Part shown: piece by piece, positions 62,824 through 64,000 of the stretch
Layout: each line of letters starts with the position of its first letter
How positions within the stretch are numbered: position 1 is the first letter of the stretch
Source: an uncultured Roseivirgaceae bacterium
Lineage (GTDB): Bacteria; Bacteroidota; Bacteroidia; Cytophagales; Cyclobacteriaceae
Assembly: GCA_964653795.1 (NCBI GenBank)
Contig: CAZZHO010000001.1
Span: forward strand, 22,426-86,425
Direction of reading: 5' to 3'
Length of the DNA: 64,000 nucleotides
The notes under the pieces: model-generated
What the model saw: the letters and a program-made list of their open reading frames with translations, nothing else
What the model was told of the DNA's origin: nothing
Database searches by the model: none
Program-made: the position numbers and the translations under genes

Positions 62824-64000
62824 GGTATCTTCTTCTTACCATTTGCTTAGTTCTTTCTACCCACAGTCTTCATTGCCAGGTAATGGACTCGGAAGATAAA
62901 AAGGCAATCAAGTTCGTAGAAAAAGCAGATGATCAAATCAAAGCAAGAGAGTTTGACGAAGCAGTTCAGAATTTGAAAAAGGCCATTAAAAAAGACCCCA
63001 AGTTCTCTTCGGCTTATTATAAACTGGCCAATCTGTATTCTTTTCTTCGGCTTATAGATTCATCATACTCCTATTACCAGAGGTATTTTTTTGTAGTAGA
63101 TAAAACTAAAATAGGCTCTAAAACGGCCTTAGCCTTAAGTAGTAGATTTTTTCAGCGTGGTGATTATGATTTAGCTCGGCAGGCATTTGATTTTGCTGGA
63201 ATTGAAGAGAGTATGAGTGCAAAAGACTCACTACTCAACCTATCAATCGACTATGCAATGGAGTCTTTAGCAGATCCAATTGAACTGGAGATTAGGCCTA
63301 TGGACGAGAACATAAATAGTTTTCCTCTCCAATATTTCCCAGTAATGACCATTGATAGACAAAAAATTTTCTATACGAGACGTCTAGGATCTGGCCCTCA
63401 GTATGATGAAGATATCGTGCTTTCGGTAAGAGATGGTGATGTGTGGGCGAAACCAGTATCAGTATCACGGAATATCAACTCAGTATATAATGAAGGAGCC
63501 TGTTCGGTTTCTGCCGACGGCAATACGATGATTCTAACACTCTGTGAAGGTCGGAAGACAATCGGTAATTGTGATTTGTTTATCTCACGTTTCGTAGATG
63601 ATTGGAGTGAACCAGAGAATATGGGGCGTGAAGTGAATTCACCCTTTTGGGATTCTCAACCAAGTTTATCCGCCGACGGTAAGACATTGTACTTTTCGTC
63701 AAACAGATCTGGAGGATTTGGAAAGAGGGATTTATGGGTCACGCAATTTGAGGAGGGTTCGTGGACTAAACCTGAAAACCTTGGTCCTTCGATCAATACG
63801 CCTTACGACGACACGACTCCTTTTATTCACTTCAACAGCGAAACGTTATTCTTTTCTTCCCAGGGACACACAGGCATGGGTGGCTTTGATATTTACAAGA
63901 CAGAAGAGGATGCTGGGAGTTGGTCGTCCCCCTCTAATCTCGGATATCCTATCAATGACCATGAAAATCAGATAGGGCTTTTTATTTCTTCGGATGGCAC
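62820..64000 (+). CDS. TPR + PD40 (TolB-like beta-propeller repeat) protein, N-terminal part, running off the window end
   Basis: Not in the ORF track because there is no stop in the window. My translation gives a TTG start overlapping the queE stop (TTGA) and a signal peptide RYLLLTICLVLSTHSLHC. A TPR-like KFSSAYYKLANLY segment follows, then PD40 repeats (SLSADGKTLYFSSNRSGGFGKRDLWV; PFIHFNSETLFFSSQGHTGMGGFDIYK). Confidence 0.75.
   Translation, partial: MRYLLLTICLVLSTHSLHCQVMDSEDKKAIKFVEKADDQIKAREFDEAVQNLKKAIKKDPKFSSAYYKLANLYSFLRLIDSSYSYYQRYFFVVDKTKIGSKTALALSSRFFQRGDYDLARQAFDFAGIEESMSAKDSLLNLSIDYAMESLADPIELEIRPMDENINSFPLQYFPVMTIDRQKIFYTRRLGSGPQYDEDIVLSVRDGDVWAKPVSVSRNINSVYNEGACSVSADGNTMILTLCEGRKTIGNCDLFISRFVDDWSEPENMGREVNSPFWDSQPSLSADGKTLYFSSNRSGGFGKRDLWVTQFEEGSWTKPENLGPSINTPYDDTTPFIHFNSETLFFSSQGHTGMGGFDIYKTEEDAGSWSSPSNLGYPINDHENQIGLFISSDG

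Noticed and set aside
1-64000. Searched for mobile elements, defence islands, CRISPR arrays, tRNA/rRNA genes and prophage remnants.
   Set aside because: No transposase, integrase, recombinase, restriction or nuclease-type ORFs. No regularly spaced direct repeats and no tRNA-like cloverleaf candidates in the intergenic gaps. Gene content is housekeeping or regulatory throughout.

Overview
This 64-kb window looks like ordinary chromosome from a Bacteroidota-type genome (Cytophagia/Flavobacteriia-like). The supporting signs are dense coding, TAnnTTTG -7 promoter boxes, weak or absent Shine-Dalgarno sites, many TTG/GTG starts, DUF4136 lipoproteins, a divergent LptD/amidase pair and multiple ~800-aa double-FtsX permeases. 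I found no rRNA, tRNA, CRISPR array, transposase, integrase or phage genes. Recognisable housekeeping genes include:
- a siroheme-dependent sulfate-assimilation operon (Rrf2 regulator, cysH, sulfite reductase, cobA, sirC-like)
- fabF, aroA, aroB, proline dehydrogenase and lysS
- lptD, amidase, mlaD, an acyl-CoA carboxyltransferase and a PPTase
- a DivIVA protein, folB, dtd, lepA, folD and queE

The most interesting content is regulatory.
- Two paralogous cassettes (11.0-16.8 kb and 24.1-33.0 kb) each pair an NtrC-type sigma-54 activator with a histidine kinase that lacks an extracytoplasmic sensor domain. Each pair is divergently linked to orphan MacB/FtsX-type permeases, and no ABC ATPase lies within the 64 kb.
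- The second cassette carries a -24/-12-like element plus two abutting 23-bp dyads. The first carries a related dyad.
- I read this as a Bce-like transporter-coupled sensing unit rewired to sigma-54. This is inference only.

Other notable loci:
- a permuted Ada-type alkylation-repair cluster with a non-AlkB 2OG oxygenase and an Ada zinc-finger protein that seems to lack the methyl-acceptor Cys
- tandem Cys-rich secreted paralogs
- a Plug domain without a barrel
- a sulfite reductase with a long helical C-terminal extension
- a hybrid kinase with degenerate ATP-binding boxes

All calls come from motif recognition by eye. No database search was run.
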